This document shows positions 13,621-26,369 of a DNA stretch of 64,000 nt, piece by piece (position 1 is the stretch's first letter; the number at the start of each line of letters is the position of its first letter). This DNA is from Octopus bimaculoides (Eukaryota), in the NCBI RefSeq assembly GCF_001194135.2, contig NC_068984.1, positions 56,579,093-56,643,092 of the forward strand. Direction: 5' to 3'. Position numbers and translations under genes: made by a program. Under the pieces are notes generated by a model. It ran no database searches, was not told the DNA's origin, and saw only the letters and a list, made by a program, of their open reading frames with translations.

Positions 13621-15224
13621 TTCTTCTCTACAAACTTTAAAAACAGTCTAAGTTCTTAAAATTCATGAAAATAATAATGTTCTTAAACTTAGATGTTTTC
13701 CAGAAAATTCCTGTTATAAAAGAAAGAAGATGCAAAATCTTCTACTCATGCCAAATTTGAAAAGATTGAAAAGAAAGCTTTCAAGCTTTTTAAATCTTGT
13801 AGCATCTACCTAAGATTTGATCTCATAGGAAGTTTGTTCATATATACTGAGTCATATATTCATTTAATTATGGTTAGACTTGAGGAAATAGCTTGCAGTC
13901 AAAAGTCATATTTAAACAGAAATAGTTCCAAGATTTTATATTAAGGTATTTCAATTGCATTTGTACTATTTCCATAGTGTGTGCTAATGTGTTTTTATTA
14001 TACTAAATTTGCTGGAATTACTATTCCCCATCACATCTGTATACTTTTATCAGCACTTTAAATTCACTTTTCACTCAACATACTATTAATTGCTCTTTGA
14101 ATATTTGACTCCATCTTAGTGTTTTCTACTTTTGATTTTTAAAGAAATACGATCTTAGTAGTAAATGGACAAAATTCAGTTAAGTATTCCTTTCATTTTC
14201 ATTTTAGCATTTTAATTTGCTTGGAAATCTTGGAACAACATTGGAAGGGAAAATTCTTTCCTTTATCTAAAACCTATTGCACTATTTTTACTTCTACTCT
14301 TTTTTTATTTTATATATATATATATATATATCAAACAAGCTTCTCTTAAAAAGTGCTCTTTATTGCTTTCTTCTGACAGGATCCTAATTTACTGTTATAG
14401 AATAGATATAATTTACTTGTTGGAAACAAAAACATTAAAGTATCACAAGATGTTTCACATTTCAGCTAGTTGTTTTATCTTCAATTACATTTGGTTTCAA
14501 TCAGTTGTTATGTTCTCAATTATGTAAAACAAAATTAAGACCTCTTAACATATTCATTCTTTCTTTCTTCTGATTTAATTACCTGCTTTTTGACCTTATG
14601 TCTGGATTGGGGAAATATGAAAGAAAAATAAAAGAATAGCATGAGTAACAAGAGAAGAAATAAAGTAATCTAATGAAAAACAAAAAATAAAAAAAATGTT
14701 ATGAGAGAGAAATGAGTTTTCTTTTTATTTTACAATCATAATTGTTTGAGTTAGTGATTTCATAAAATATTCTGCTATATTTAAACCCCGTTTTGCATGT
14801 TTATGTGAACTAACAATACCTTTTCAATGCCAAATCAAACTATAAAGAAAAATATATAAGCACACCAATATATAACATTATTTATTATTAAGCTACTACT
14901 GTCATCAATACCACCACTACCCTTGAAGCCAGTTACACTATCACCATTCTCAGTATAATACTTTTCTCAGCTGTAACTTCTGAACTGTGACTATAATACC
15001 CCAAAGAAAGAAAGAAAACCATGAAACAAATACTTTTGAATTACTGAATATTGTGTAGCATTTCAAAAGCAATTGTGTTATCTGATTTTCTTAAATCCAT
15101 TTCTGGTAAAGAGAAAAGTACTACCTTTTATTATGAAGTCAGGACTAGATTAAGGATTCTTGATAGAGATTATTAGAGAATACTATATTCTGGTACTCAT
15201 GATTTAATATGTATCATCTCCATA

Positions 15225-17655
15225 ACCCTGGCTGACTCTTTGGTTTAAGGAGAGAGTTGGGGAGCTGGTAAGCATTGATGCACCAGATTTGTGGAAGTCT
15301 TTTAAAGAAGGGGTACTAAAGGCATGTGACGAAGTGTGTGGAAGGACAAAAGGTAGAAGAGATCGAGAAGATATTTGGTGGTGGAACGAGGAGGTGAGGG
15401 ATGAGATAGCGAGGAAGAAGGAGGCACACAAAGCTTTATGTAATAATAGGACTGAGCAAATGAAAGCCAGATATAATGACATGAAGAATCATGCAAAGAG
15501 GGTGGTTGCGAGATCTATGAGGAAGGAGGCTGAGGAGAAGTTGAGCAGGCTGGATGAGAATCCAGATAGAGAGTTTAGGTTTATTAAACCATTGAAAAGA
15601 TGGAAGAGATGTTGAGGGAGGAAGATGCATGAGGGGGAGTGATGGAAGGTTGAATTTTAGTGAGAAAGANNNNNNNNNNNNNNNNNNNNNNNNNNNNNNN
15701 NNNNNNNNNNNNNNNNNNNNNNNNNNNNNNNNNNNNNNNNNNNNNNNNNNNNNNNNNNNNNNNNNNNNNNNNNNNNNNNNNNNNNNNNNNNNNNNNNNNN
15801 NNNNNNNNNNNNNNNNNNNNNNNNNNNNNNNNNNNNNNNNNNNNNNNNNNNNNNNNNNNNNNNNNNNNNNNNNNNNNNNNNNNNNNNNNNNNNNNNNNNN
15901 NNNNNNNNNNNNNNNNNNNNNNNNNNNNNNNNNNNNNNNNNNNNNNNNNNNNNAGAGAGGGTTAGTCGGGGAGAAGTAGTGGAGGCAATGAAGGAAATGA
16001 AAAGAGGAAAGGCAGCTGGTCCATCAGAAGTAAGTGTGGAAATGATAACTGCAAGTAGAGAGACAGGAATTGTTGTGATGATGGAGCTCTGCCAGAGCAT
16101 GCTGAATGGAAGAGGAATGCCAGATGATTGGGCACTAAGTATGGTAGTACCGATCTTCAAGGGGAAGGGGAATGTGATGAGTTCTGGGGCATATAAGGCA
16201 GTGAAGTTATTGGAGCATGCAATGAAGATAGTGGAAAGGGTGTTGGAGAGGATAATTCAGAAAGGGGTGGATGTGGATGAGATGCAATTTGTTTTTATGC
16301 CAGGAAGGGATACAATAGATGCAGTGTTCATTGTAAGGACATTGCCAGAGAAATACCAAGAAATACAAGAAGGAATTGTGCATATGCTTCGTTGATCTGG
16401 AGAAGGTATTTGATAGGGTTCCAAGGAAGGTGGCTGAGTGGGCATTGAGGAAGAGAGGTGTACTAGAGGTAATAGTGAGGGCAGTGATAAGTTTATATGA
16501 GGGGGTAAAGACAAGAGTTAAAATTGGATCAGAGCTGTTGGAGGAGTTTGCGGTGAAAGTTGGTGTGCATCAGGGATCAGTGTTGTCACCGTTGTTGTTT
16601 GCAATAGTGGTTGATGTGGTGATGGAGAGTGCAACAGAGGGATTGATAATGGATATACTATATGTGAATGACCTTGTTCTGATGAATGACACAATGGAGG
16701 GATTGAGGGAGAAGTTTTGGAAATGGAAGGAGGCATTTGAAAGCAATGGTTAGAAGGTAAACCCCAGGAAGACAAAGATGATGGTGAGCGAGGTGGAAGG
16801 AGAAGTGTTAGTGAGTAAGATGTATCTGTATGGTGTATGTTGGAGGAGCGTAATGGCAAATGCGGTGTTGTGTATGAGATGTGAGAAATGGATTCATGAT
16901 AGAAGTACAAAAATGAAGAAAGTAACCCCAAGACTGGCAAGAGAGTTTGTGGAAGATGTGAGAAAGGAGCTGGAGAGCTGGCAGAACCAGTGGAAATGTT
17001 ATGTGATGAGGGGGAAATGGTGAGAGGGTTTTGTTAATTGGGAGATAGAGTGGATGTGAAACAGCTGCGATAGCAAGAGCGAGACTTGGCTGGGTGAAGT
17101 TCAGGGACTGTGGAGTGTTGTTATATGGGAAAAGGTTCTCACTGAAGATGAAAGGAAAGGTTTATAGGAGTTGTGTGAGAGCTACAATGCTGTATGGGAG
17201 TGAGACATGGTGTCTGAGGGAGAGAGAGATAGCAATTTTGAAAAGGACCAAGAGAGCAATGGTAAGAGAAATGTGTGGATTGAAGCTGTTGGATAAGAGG
17301 AAGCTTGAGGACTTGTTAGGGATGCTGGGGTTGGAAGAATTGGTGGAATGGCTGACAAATGGAGTGCAGTGGTATGGGCATGTGTTGAGGAGGGACGAGA
17401 GTATGTTCTGAGGAGGGTGCTTGAGTTTGAGGTGAATGGACCGCGAGAGCGAGGTAGATCCAAGAAAACTTGGAGGGGACAGGGAGAGAGGAGATTGGGA
17501 GAGTTGGCTTGAGAAGGGAGGATGCCCAAAACAGGGCAAGACAGCACGATGGTGTGAGGGCGGTTGCTATGGCATTGAGGTAGATCAAGCCACCCCTGTT
17601 AATGGAGACAAAACCCGGATTTAAAACACTAGATGATGATGATAATGATAATCAT
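15225..17655 (+). mobile_element. RTE-clade LINE ORF2 (RT, PHD-like insert, thumb and C-terminus), 5'-truncated and frameshifted, with a gap at 15670-15953
   Basis: Motifs 'KAAGPSEV', 'VVPIFKGKG', 'KAVKLLEHAMKIVERV', 'FVDLEKVFDRVPR', 'GVHQGSVLSPLLF', 'ILYVNDLVL' (YADD equivalent) and 'MLYGSETW', 'WYGHVLRR'; ends in a (GAT)n tail at about 17632-17655. Confidence 0.95.
15670..15953. other. Assembly gap (others at 19916-20093, 36066-36550, about 37805-38123, 44170-44197 and 49553-49562)
   Basis: Runs of N, mostly next to microsatellites or inside repeats. Confidence 0.99.
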
Positions 17656-17879
17656 GAAATACTTGGTGAATAAAGGGGTAAAGTATTAGAAGTTGATCAA
17701 GGCTACTACTTTTGAAATATTTGAACCACTTTATTGTTTGTGTACTTTAACTGATAAACATTTGAAATTTGTACTTGTTGTCTGAGATGTAAATTATTTC
17801 ATATCTTGAGAAAGGAATTTCAGTAGTTGATAGAATTACCAAGAGTGGTAAATTGGAAGAATCATTAAAGTTTTAGAAA

Positions 17880-18060
17880 AATGCCTTATAGTATTTATTT
17901 CAGCTCTTTACCTTCTGAGTTCAAATCTTGCTTTGATTAATCTTCCTTTTCATCCTTCCAAAGTTGATAAAACAAAATATTGGTTACATACTAGGGTCAA
18001 CTTCTGTATTACAAGTAATTATAGTATCAAGAACTTACTCAAACTCAGAGTGAGGATTAT
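17880..18060 (+). mobile_element. Partial SINE family D
   Basis: 'ttctgagttcaaatcttg...ctttcatccttcc...ataaaacaaaatattgg...ctagggtcaa' is shared with the copies at 57051-59143. Confidence 0.6.
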
Positions 18061-18084
18061 CTTTTTACTGTAGCAACATCAACA

Positions 18085-18800
18085 CCATCATCATTTACTG
18101 TTTCCTTTCCATGCTGGCATGGTTGGATGGTTTGACAGGAAACTGGTAAGTTACAGGGCTGTGGTAGGTTCCAGTGTCACCTTTGGTATGGTTTCTATGG
18201 CTGGATTCCCTTCCTTGCATCAACCACTTGACAGGGTGCACTGGATGCATTTTTCATGCCATTGCACAACTGAGGTTGTTGTGTGACTTGCAAATTAGAA
18301 AAGAACAGGGAAAAGAGCTCTCAGTATTAAGAGGGAGTGGTCAGGAGAGGAAGGTGGAAGTGAGCGGTTTTAGGCCAGGTGTTGAACAGCTAAAGTATGA
18401 TAGAGGGACAAGTGCAGGCATTTTGCTACAGAGGAGCTTCATGGCTAAAGGAGATAAAACGTAGGGAGTGAAGGGGTGCTGGAGGAAACCCTCAAAGAAC
18501 AAAAAGATGAGCATAAGAGAGGATGTAGTCAGTAGGTTATGGGAAGCGATGAAAGAGAAGATTCTTTCATAAAATGAAGGGGAAGTAAACAGGTGGAGGT
18601 AGAGGTTCATATCGTGAATGATGAACTAGGGTTGGGGTGCAGATGATGGGAAATACCACTATTTGGATGGGTAAGGTGGAAGAAGTAGTAGTTGCTCAGG
18701 AAGGAGAATAGAACAGAAAATAGTGGAGTGATGTGCAAGGTGTAGGAGCAGGAGAGAGGGAGATATAGAGATACATAAGGGGTTTCAGAAGTCAATTCTC
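18085..18800 (-). mobile_element. Composite non-autonomous element: pyrimidine-rich body plus RTE-type 3' tail
   Basis: The RTE tail at 18085-18260 is fused to a body whose segment 'tatgatagagggacaagtgcaggcattttgctacagaggagcttcatggc' is homologous to 46715-46770. Confidence 0.5.
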
Positions 18801-19164
18801 ATTGAAAACCACTGCCTCTATCGACTGGTGCTTGTATATTCCATTTTGGCTTGGTTTCTATGGCTAGCTGCTGTTTCTATCGTCGATGCCTTCACAAGGT
18901 GTAGTGGGTGCATTTTCATGTCACTAACATTTAAAGAGGTTGTTAAGCCTTCAGTGAGACTGGATTAAATGAACCTCTCAATCTTACTTTTTCTCAGCTC
19001 ACTTGTTGACCACTCTAGAAAGTGTGCCAGGTTGGTGGGGGTGGGGGTGGGTGACCTTTTGTCATGGTAGATGGTAGGCGAGAGTGTGATGATTGAAGAA
19101 AGGCCAGAACGTGTTGGTGAAAGGCACACAACTATGATGCTAAGGTGCAGTATAGTTGACTGGT

Positions 19165-19460
19165 TCAAAAGTTCACTTCACAATCATGAGGTTCTGATTT
19201 TGATCTAACTGCATGGTATTTTTGGTGAGTGTCAACTTCTATAGCCTTGGGTCAACCCATACCTTGTGAGTGAAACTGATAGATGGAAACTGTGCAGAAG
19301 CTTGTTGGGTGGATTATATCTCATATTCATTAGGTCCAAACTTGACACACTGTCATACTGATCCTGTCTAAAGCCCTTTCTCTTTTTCAAGTAGAAGGTC
19401 TCTTGTGCAATATACCTTTGTCAGTGCTGACAAAAGAAATTACCACTGCTTGTAGCTCAG
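19165..19460 (+). mobile_element. Degraded SINE (family A/B-like head and body)
   Basis: 'ccttgtgagtgaaactgatagatggaaactgtgcagaagc' and related body motifs. Confidence 0.5.
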
Positions 19461-19554
19461 CAATTTTTGGAAAAGACCAAATGTAAACAAGCATACACAC
19501 ATACTCACACATATACACACATACATGCATATATACCTATGTATGTACACCTTA

Positions 19555-19680
19555 CTACAATCATCTTTAAGTTTCTGTCTACCAACATCTACTCACAAGG
19601 TTTAGTTGGCCAAGGGCTATAGTAGAAGATACTTTCAGTGGAACTGAAACTGAAACCACATGGTTGGGAAGCAAATTATA
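19555..19680 (-). mobile_element. SINE family A 5' half
   Basis: 'gtttctgtctaccaac...ctcacaaggttt...ggctatagtagaagatac...ccacatggttgggaagcaa'. Confidence 0.65.
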
Positions 19681-20093
19681 ATTTAATTAATTGAGAACAG
19701 GGTTCCAAAAAGAAATGGAATAAGTGAACTATCAGATGACTTGTGGAATGCATTATTTGTTTCCAATACCAAATGTTTTGATATTGTTCTTTATGTCTTT
19801 ATGTTTTAGGAGAATTATTCCAATTGAATCATCAGAAATCTAGCTTACTGGGTTTTATCTTTATCTTGCAGAGATTTATTTTTATACATTTTTTGTCAAG
19901 ATAAGAAAAAAATTTNNNNNNNNNNNNNNNNNNNNNNNNNNNNNNNNNNNNNNNNNNNNNNNNNNNNNNNNNNNNNNNNNNNNNNNNNNNNNNNNNNNNN
20001 NNNNNNNNNNNNNNNNNNNNNNNNNNNNNNNNNNNNNNNNNNNNNNNNNNNNNNNNNNNNNNNNNNNNNNNNNNNNNNNNNNNNNNNNNNNNN

Positions 20094-20168
<75 letters not shown>

Positions 20169-20407
20169 TATATAAAGCTTGGCAGTAAATAATTTAAAAG
20201 GTTGAGTTGTATAGATTATTTGTTTGTTGTTTGACTTTAATCAGTTCTTTGGTTTCACATTAATCTTTTAACTTTCAGAAGTGGGAAAGGAGGAGGGGGG
20301 TTAAAAAATATTTTTTCATTTGAGAAACAAAGATTTGCATAAAATTTGGAAAAGGTAAAGACTAGCAAAAGTTGATTTTTGTATGTATGTTTGTACATCT
20401 CTATGCA

Positions 20408-20433
20408 CATACATACATACATACATACATACA

Positions 20434-20467
<34 letters not shown>

Positions 20468-20472
20468 CATAC
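20408..20472. repeat. (TACA)n microsatellite
   Basis: Direct inspection. Confidence 0.95.
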
Positions 20473-20728
20473 ATTCTTTACTAGCAGAAACATACTTGGG
20501 AAAGTAGAAAAATCCTAATTTTTCCAAATTGAAATAGAGTTTTGATTTACTTTTTTTTTATTGCATTGAGGAAAGTGATATATTGTGTTACTTGGATATT
20601 TATTTATTATTCTTTAAAGGAAAATAAAGTGACTTTCCTATTTGCACTTGTTGAAAATAATGCAGAAAAATTTATTCTTAAGTTTCTATTAGGCTCAGAA
20701 TATATAATTTGCTATGATTTTGTGTGTG

Positions 20729-20786
<58 letters not shown>

Positions 20787-21189
20787 CATACATTTTTTTA
20801 TGATTGACATTTTAGCTTTTGAAGCTGTTGAATTTGTTCCAATTTTTAAAATTTACTTTGTAAATCATTTGACATGAACTGGAGTCATTCTGTTTATTTA
20901 GTGCATTTGTCTCATAATATTTAATGAAATAGTTTTCTAAATTATCCAACAGCGTTTCTGCTTTGTTGCTATAACAGCATCTCTACTTAATTGTTTTGTT
21001 TGTTTTCTGTATTTGGAAGTTCATTCTGCTTTTATCCAATACATATAATAAAATGCAATGTGTTTCACATTGCTCATGCAGGCAGAGCAGAATGGTAGTG
21101 AGTGCCCACAAGAAATGATCAATGCAGGCAAACTGTATTGAGAGGTTTTACTCTGAAGTTGTGCAAATTTTTATTGTAACTAATATTTA

Positions 21190-21595
21190 CTCTTTTACTC
21201 TTTTTCTTGTTTCAGTCGTTTGACTGTGGCCATGCTGGAGCACTGCCTTTAGTCAAGCAAATGGACCCCAGGGCTTATTCTTTGTAAGCCTAGTATTTAT
21301 TCTATCCATCTCTTTTGCCGAACTGCTAAGTTACGGGAACGTAAACACACCAGCATCAGTTGTCAAGTGATGCTGGGGGCACAAACACAGACACACAAAC
21401 ATATATATATATATACATATACATATATACAAAGGGCTTCTTTCAGTTTCTGTCTACCAAATCCACTCACAAGGCTTTGGTTGGTCCGAGGCTATAGTAG
21501 AAGACACTTGCCCAAGGTGCCACGCTGTGGGACTGAACCCGGAACCATGTGGTTGGTAAGCAAGCTACTTACCACACAGCCACTCCTGCACCTAT
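21190..21595 (-). mobile_element. SINE family A, full length and well preserved
   Basis: Minus-strand head 'gcaggagtggctgtgtggtaagtagcttgcttaccaaccacatggttccgggttcagtccc', then CORE, internal (TA)n and tail. Confidence 0.9.
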
Positions 21596-22385
21596 ACTTT
21601 AACACACACACACGCATGCCTGGATTTAAACCATGGTGGTGATGGGGGACACTTCAAGTTGGGTGGGCCCCTTATACACAAGAATTAAAATCTTAAAAAA
21701 TTACCAAATTTAAATCTCAAAACCCATCTATTTCATGTAACTAAATTTGATGAGTTAGCAGAGAAAGTTTAAATAAATGAATAAAAATGTCATTTTTATG
21801 GATACACTTTTTCAAATTTCGTATTTCACACATCCACTTGCAATGTTTGACTTTTTCTTTCATTGTGAAAAGTACAATGAAGGAGAGAAAAGTTGGGTAA
21901 GATTTTTTTTTCTTTTAATGTGAGTTACATATGTTTCAGAATTTAGAGTAAGATAAAATGACAGAAAATTACAAAAAAGAAAAAATCATTTTTGTGGTTG
22001 TTGCTATTCTAAAGGCATGATGTGTGTGTGTGTGAAAGAGAGCGGGGTAGAATCAAAAATGGGAAATTCAAACAGCTTTCTGAAAGCCTGCTTTTCCAGT
22101 AAGAGTAGGTGAGGCACCATGAGTAATACTTACTGCATTTTTTACTTTGAAGTAAATATATTTTTTACAAATGTTCACTACCTTGCCAAAACTATATCAG
22201 TAAAGTAAAGATCTTCTCTACATGCAGAAAAACCTATAACTTATTCAGAACACTTTCAGAAAATTTTCTCTGTTCTCTTTAAGCATATAAAAGACAAATT
22301 TAGGCAGGGCAATATGGGTAAACAAGACAAGCTAAATATGCCCTTCTGTTTCTCCAGAATTAAATTCGAACAAAAGAGTCATTCA

Positions 22386-22427
22386 CATCTTTAGACATCC
22401 ATCTTTAGACATCCATCTTTAGACATC
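22386..22427. repeat. Perfect 14-bp tandem repeat x3 (CATCTTTAGACATC)
   Basis: Direct inspection. Confidence 0.95.
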
Positions 22428-22728
22428 AGAAATGCAACAAAATATAAAATATATCTAAGTCAAATGAAAGAGGATTATGGGAAAATAGCACATAATATGA
22501 AATTAATGAAACTCACTAAATCTAAAAACTCAACATAAAATATTCTTTATAGCTTCTTCATGACAGCTTCTTCACCAAAATTTATCCGGATATTTTATTA
22601 GCTACCGCAATTACAATCAGGTCAAATTTGAGGAAAAATTTCTTGAAAATAGTACCTGTCACTTATGTTTCAAACTCTCAACTTCAACAACTATGTAAAC
22701 TATACTGAACAATTTTTACTCCCAACTA

Positions 22729-22764
22729 CTTTCTGTTGAAGGATGTAGGCTCGAAATGTAAAAG
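22729..22764 (+). ncRNA. Degenerate minimal type I hammerhead motif at a probable Penelope-like element end
   Basis: CUUU-CUGUUGA-A-GGAUGUAGGCUC-GAAA-UGUA-AAAG: one substitution in CUGAUGA, ACGU decayed to AUGU, and a 4-bp helix I. Confidence 0.4.
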
Positions 22765-22851
22765 ACTTTTTCATTTATCCCTAGCATCAAACTAATATAC
22801 CTGCTTGTTGTTCATACACCTGTCTTTGTCTTTTGTTTTTCTATAAATTTC

Positions 22852-22902
<51 letters not shown>

Positions 22903-22914
22903 CTTACACACACA

Positions 22915-22956
<42 letters not shown>

Positions 22957-23102
22957 TATATGTAACTATTTGGACTTTGGGTATACATTTATTAGTATGT
23001 CCATCAAAGCACATTCACCTTTTGAGCTACCTGTTGTTATCCACAGTTACAGTATAATTTTCACTGGATCTACATCAGGAAATCTGCAGTGTTTGTTGAG
23101 TT

Positions 23103-23462
23103 TATAATTGATGAGAGAAACGGAAGATAGATTTAGTACAAATCTTTATTCAGCACGACAATTGTCTTGAGCCACCCTGCAGCTATCCTTTAGGGATAGG
23201 ATATTTTGCATCTAGTTGTGTTGCATCAATCATTGCAGGCTGGGTCACTTCAAGTATTTGGTGTAAAGAAGATATCTCACTCGAGAAGGGTATCTTCTTT
23301 ACACCATGCACCTGAAGTAATACAGCCTGCAATGATTGATGCAACATAACTAGATGCACAATATCCTACCCCTAAAGGAGAGCTACAGGATGGGTCAAAA
23401 TGATTTTCATGCTGAATAAAGATTCATACTAAATCCATCTTCTGTTTCCTTCATCAATTATA
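23103..23462. repeat. 360-bp loop-less imperfect palindrome
   Basis: Two 180-bp arms align without indels around a central CTCGAG (23280-23285), with 29 mismatches counted (~84% identity) and TA at both ends. Confidence 0.97.
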
Positions 23463-25589
23463 TATATATGTATGTATACATGCATATAGTATTGTAGAGA
23501 TATTACTCTTACATTATGAACATTGTAAAACCAGTGCCAGACTTTGGTTTCATGAAACACTATGTGTGGGGTTAGAGCTGTAAGAGTTATGTTTTACTTA
23601 TACTGTTTGTTTTTCTACACACCTGAATACCTTTTACAAACATTTCTAGTATAATCCTTCCTCTGAAATTCATCTTTCTCAAACTGTTTTTTTACTCAGA
23701 TCTTTAACCAAGATATTAATCTCTGATAATTCACACTAAGTACTATCAATTAACAAATTAACTTGATCCAACTATTCTACCATTGAAGTTCAAATGGGCT
23801 TCCAGGGACAAGCAAACACATTTTTTTGAAATTTCTTTCCTTTAAAGGTTTTGAAATGCATACTAATTACTAAATTTGTTTTAAATTGAACCTCAGCTAT
23901 GAATTTAAATTTTTTTAAAATTGAACTACAACTTCTTAAAACTTTTACATCATCAACATGAAAACATAATTGGAAAAATATGTTAAATTAATCCATTCTA
24001 GAAAAAGAAAAAGAAAAGTGTTTTGAGAAAGACACCAAATCATATTTTTAAATTTCACTTGAGCCATACAAGTTTTATTAAAGTTTTAGTGAACATGGAG
24101 GAATCAATGATTATATTGACTTTGAATTTTCTTTTCATAGTTAGTGTTAATTAATTGAAAAGATCATTAATTACAAAGATCATTTAACTTCTAATGTTTT
24201 GGCCTTTTAAAAGCCTGTGCATGAAAGACAATTACAGGCAGCTGCATAATTCATGGAATCATAATGTTTTATAGCGTAGTTGTAGACTTTACTATTATTA
24301 TTGATATGCATTTTAAACAGGTTTGGATCAGAGGAAGACAAAAAAATTAATCATTTATTTGTATGTATAATGGTGTATCATTTCTAGATAACAATGACTG
24401 AAAAGTGAAAGAGGATATCTAGAAGGGGAAAATGATTTTACCTATGACTGTTCATGGAGAAAGAAGCTAAGGTAATGAATTAATCTATATCAAAACATGA
24501 GCTACAATTTTTTTTCATATGTGTCCTTAAGAAGACTTTGTACTAATGGAGTGAACTTTAAAAGGCTTGACATAGAGCTGATATCAGTGGACACGTTATG
24601 CCATAAGATTTTTATTCTCTAATTTATATACACAGTCAGCAATTTTCAGAGAAGGGTTAGTCAGTACTTAACTGTTATTTTATTTTATCAACTTCAAAAT
24701 GATGAAGGGTAAAGGACTTCAGCTTAGGACGGAAATAGCTAAAACAAATGCAGCTATGCATTCTCCCAAGCTTTGTGTGTGTGTGAGAGAGAGAGAGAAA
24801 GAGAGAGAGTGCGTATGTGTGAGTGAGTGAGTGAGTGAATGAATGCATACTTTTGTTTTGCCCAGGTCAGCTGGGATCCTGCAAACCTATGATCAAAAGC
24901 ATTCCAGCTGTGTCCACCTTGTTCTACATTTTGTATTTATGACTACATTATCTAATGCATCCTTCTTGTTTAAAGTGTATTTGAGGGAGATATACCTACT
25001 ATTTCTAGCAAATAAAGTGACTGTTAAAAGTCTGTCATTGGCTTGGCAATATGTATGTTGTGTTGACAATGTGTATGTTTAGAACCCCTGATCTGGCAGA
25101 TCTATGATCAAAAGCATTATGACCATGACCATTCAATGTCAGGGTATGTCTGCTATCCAGTGAGTGTTTTGTTTAATATCGTAGAGTGGGAATTGTGAGA
25201 GATTGGCTGCCTTTTCTAGCAAGTTATGCAGCTGTAAAAATGCTCCTTCATTAGCTGAACATTACCTGTGTTCATCACTGGTAAAGATGACTATTCCAAA
25301 ATATTAAGCATGTTACCTTAAAACTTTACTATCTTTCACATTGTTGTTTCCTCTTACACTAATTCCATATACTTTTTCAGATGCTTCTGTGCAGAGAATA
25401 AGAATAACTGGATTTAGTTTGGAATTTTTAACCTGATGGGAAAATGTATTCAAAAAATTATTCCTGAAGATAACTAGTTGGCAAAGTGGGTGGCTTAGAG
25501 GTATCTGAAACTAAAAATGAGGAGGAAACTAGGAGCATTGAGTATTTTTTCAGAAGAAACAATTCAGATGTGAATATCATGAAATCAGG

Positions 25590-25658
25590 AGCTTTAATAC
25601 CATAATTATAAACCAGCAGCTTTAATACCATAATTACCAGAAGCTTTAATACCATAAT
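25590..25658. repeat. Three copies of AGCTTTAATACCATAAT with short unequal linkers
   Basis: Direct inspection; local tandem duplication. Confidence 0.85.
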
Positions 25659-26369
25659 ATAAACATGATAAAATAAATTTGAAATATAGAATTAATAAAT
25701 GTATGGTATGATGGTCATTTTTAGTAAAGAATAAGTAAAAAGTAAAGCAAGTAGAAGTTCTAAATATTGTAATTTTTTCATCAGCTAATATTCATCTCAT
25801 GAATTTTCTCCAGATGTAATAGATATAAGATGTAACTGATTTAAGGGGTTGGCTTTAGAAAAATGGTCTACCAAATACATGAGACAGTTTTTACTTCTTT
25901 TCTTTTCTTTCTAAAACTGGTGAATTACACAATATTTTATTTCAGTTTTGCAGACAAACTTATTCTTATTTAATCTTTCTTGCTTACTTTACTTACACAA
26001 TATGGCTGAAAGGAAAACAACCTCAGGGGAGTGTTCTGCATATTAAATACAAAATATTGAGTTTATCTAAGTAATTAATAATACACAGAAATTCCCTTTA
26101 AGGATGTTGAAAATCAACAAACAATTAGCAAGGAAGATAACTCCATTAAAATCAGTAAAACAAAATGTTTGGACAATACAGGCAATACAAAATGGAGAAA
26201 ATACAGATGTTAAACTACAATGATGTATTTTTAGCATGCAAATTTTAAGCTGGTTTCTATTAATATAAAATAAAATTATATTTATCATTACTTAATTTAA
26301 AAAATTTCTATTACAAGTTTGTAGAGATAATTTAGTTTATTTGTTCAGTATCATTTGTGTGTAATGTGC

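Noticed and set aside
19832-20169. Long ORFs in the supplied track that span N-gaps or microsatellites (also 35801-36656 plus strand and 37763-38276)
   Set aside because: Artefacts of N runs and dinucleotide repeats.
25590-25658. Repeat-spacer-like pattern (also 22386-22427 and 52968-53135)
   Set aside because: Only a few units, linkers absent or very short, eukaryotic context and no cas genes; not CRISPR.
26090-26240. Stretch open in two plus-strand frames
   Set aside because: A-rich composition explains the lack of stops, and there is no homology or clear splice sites.
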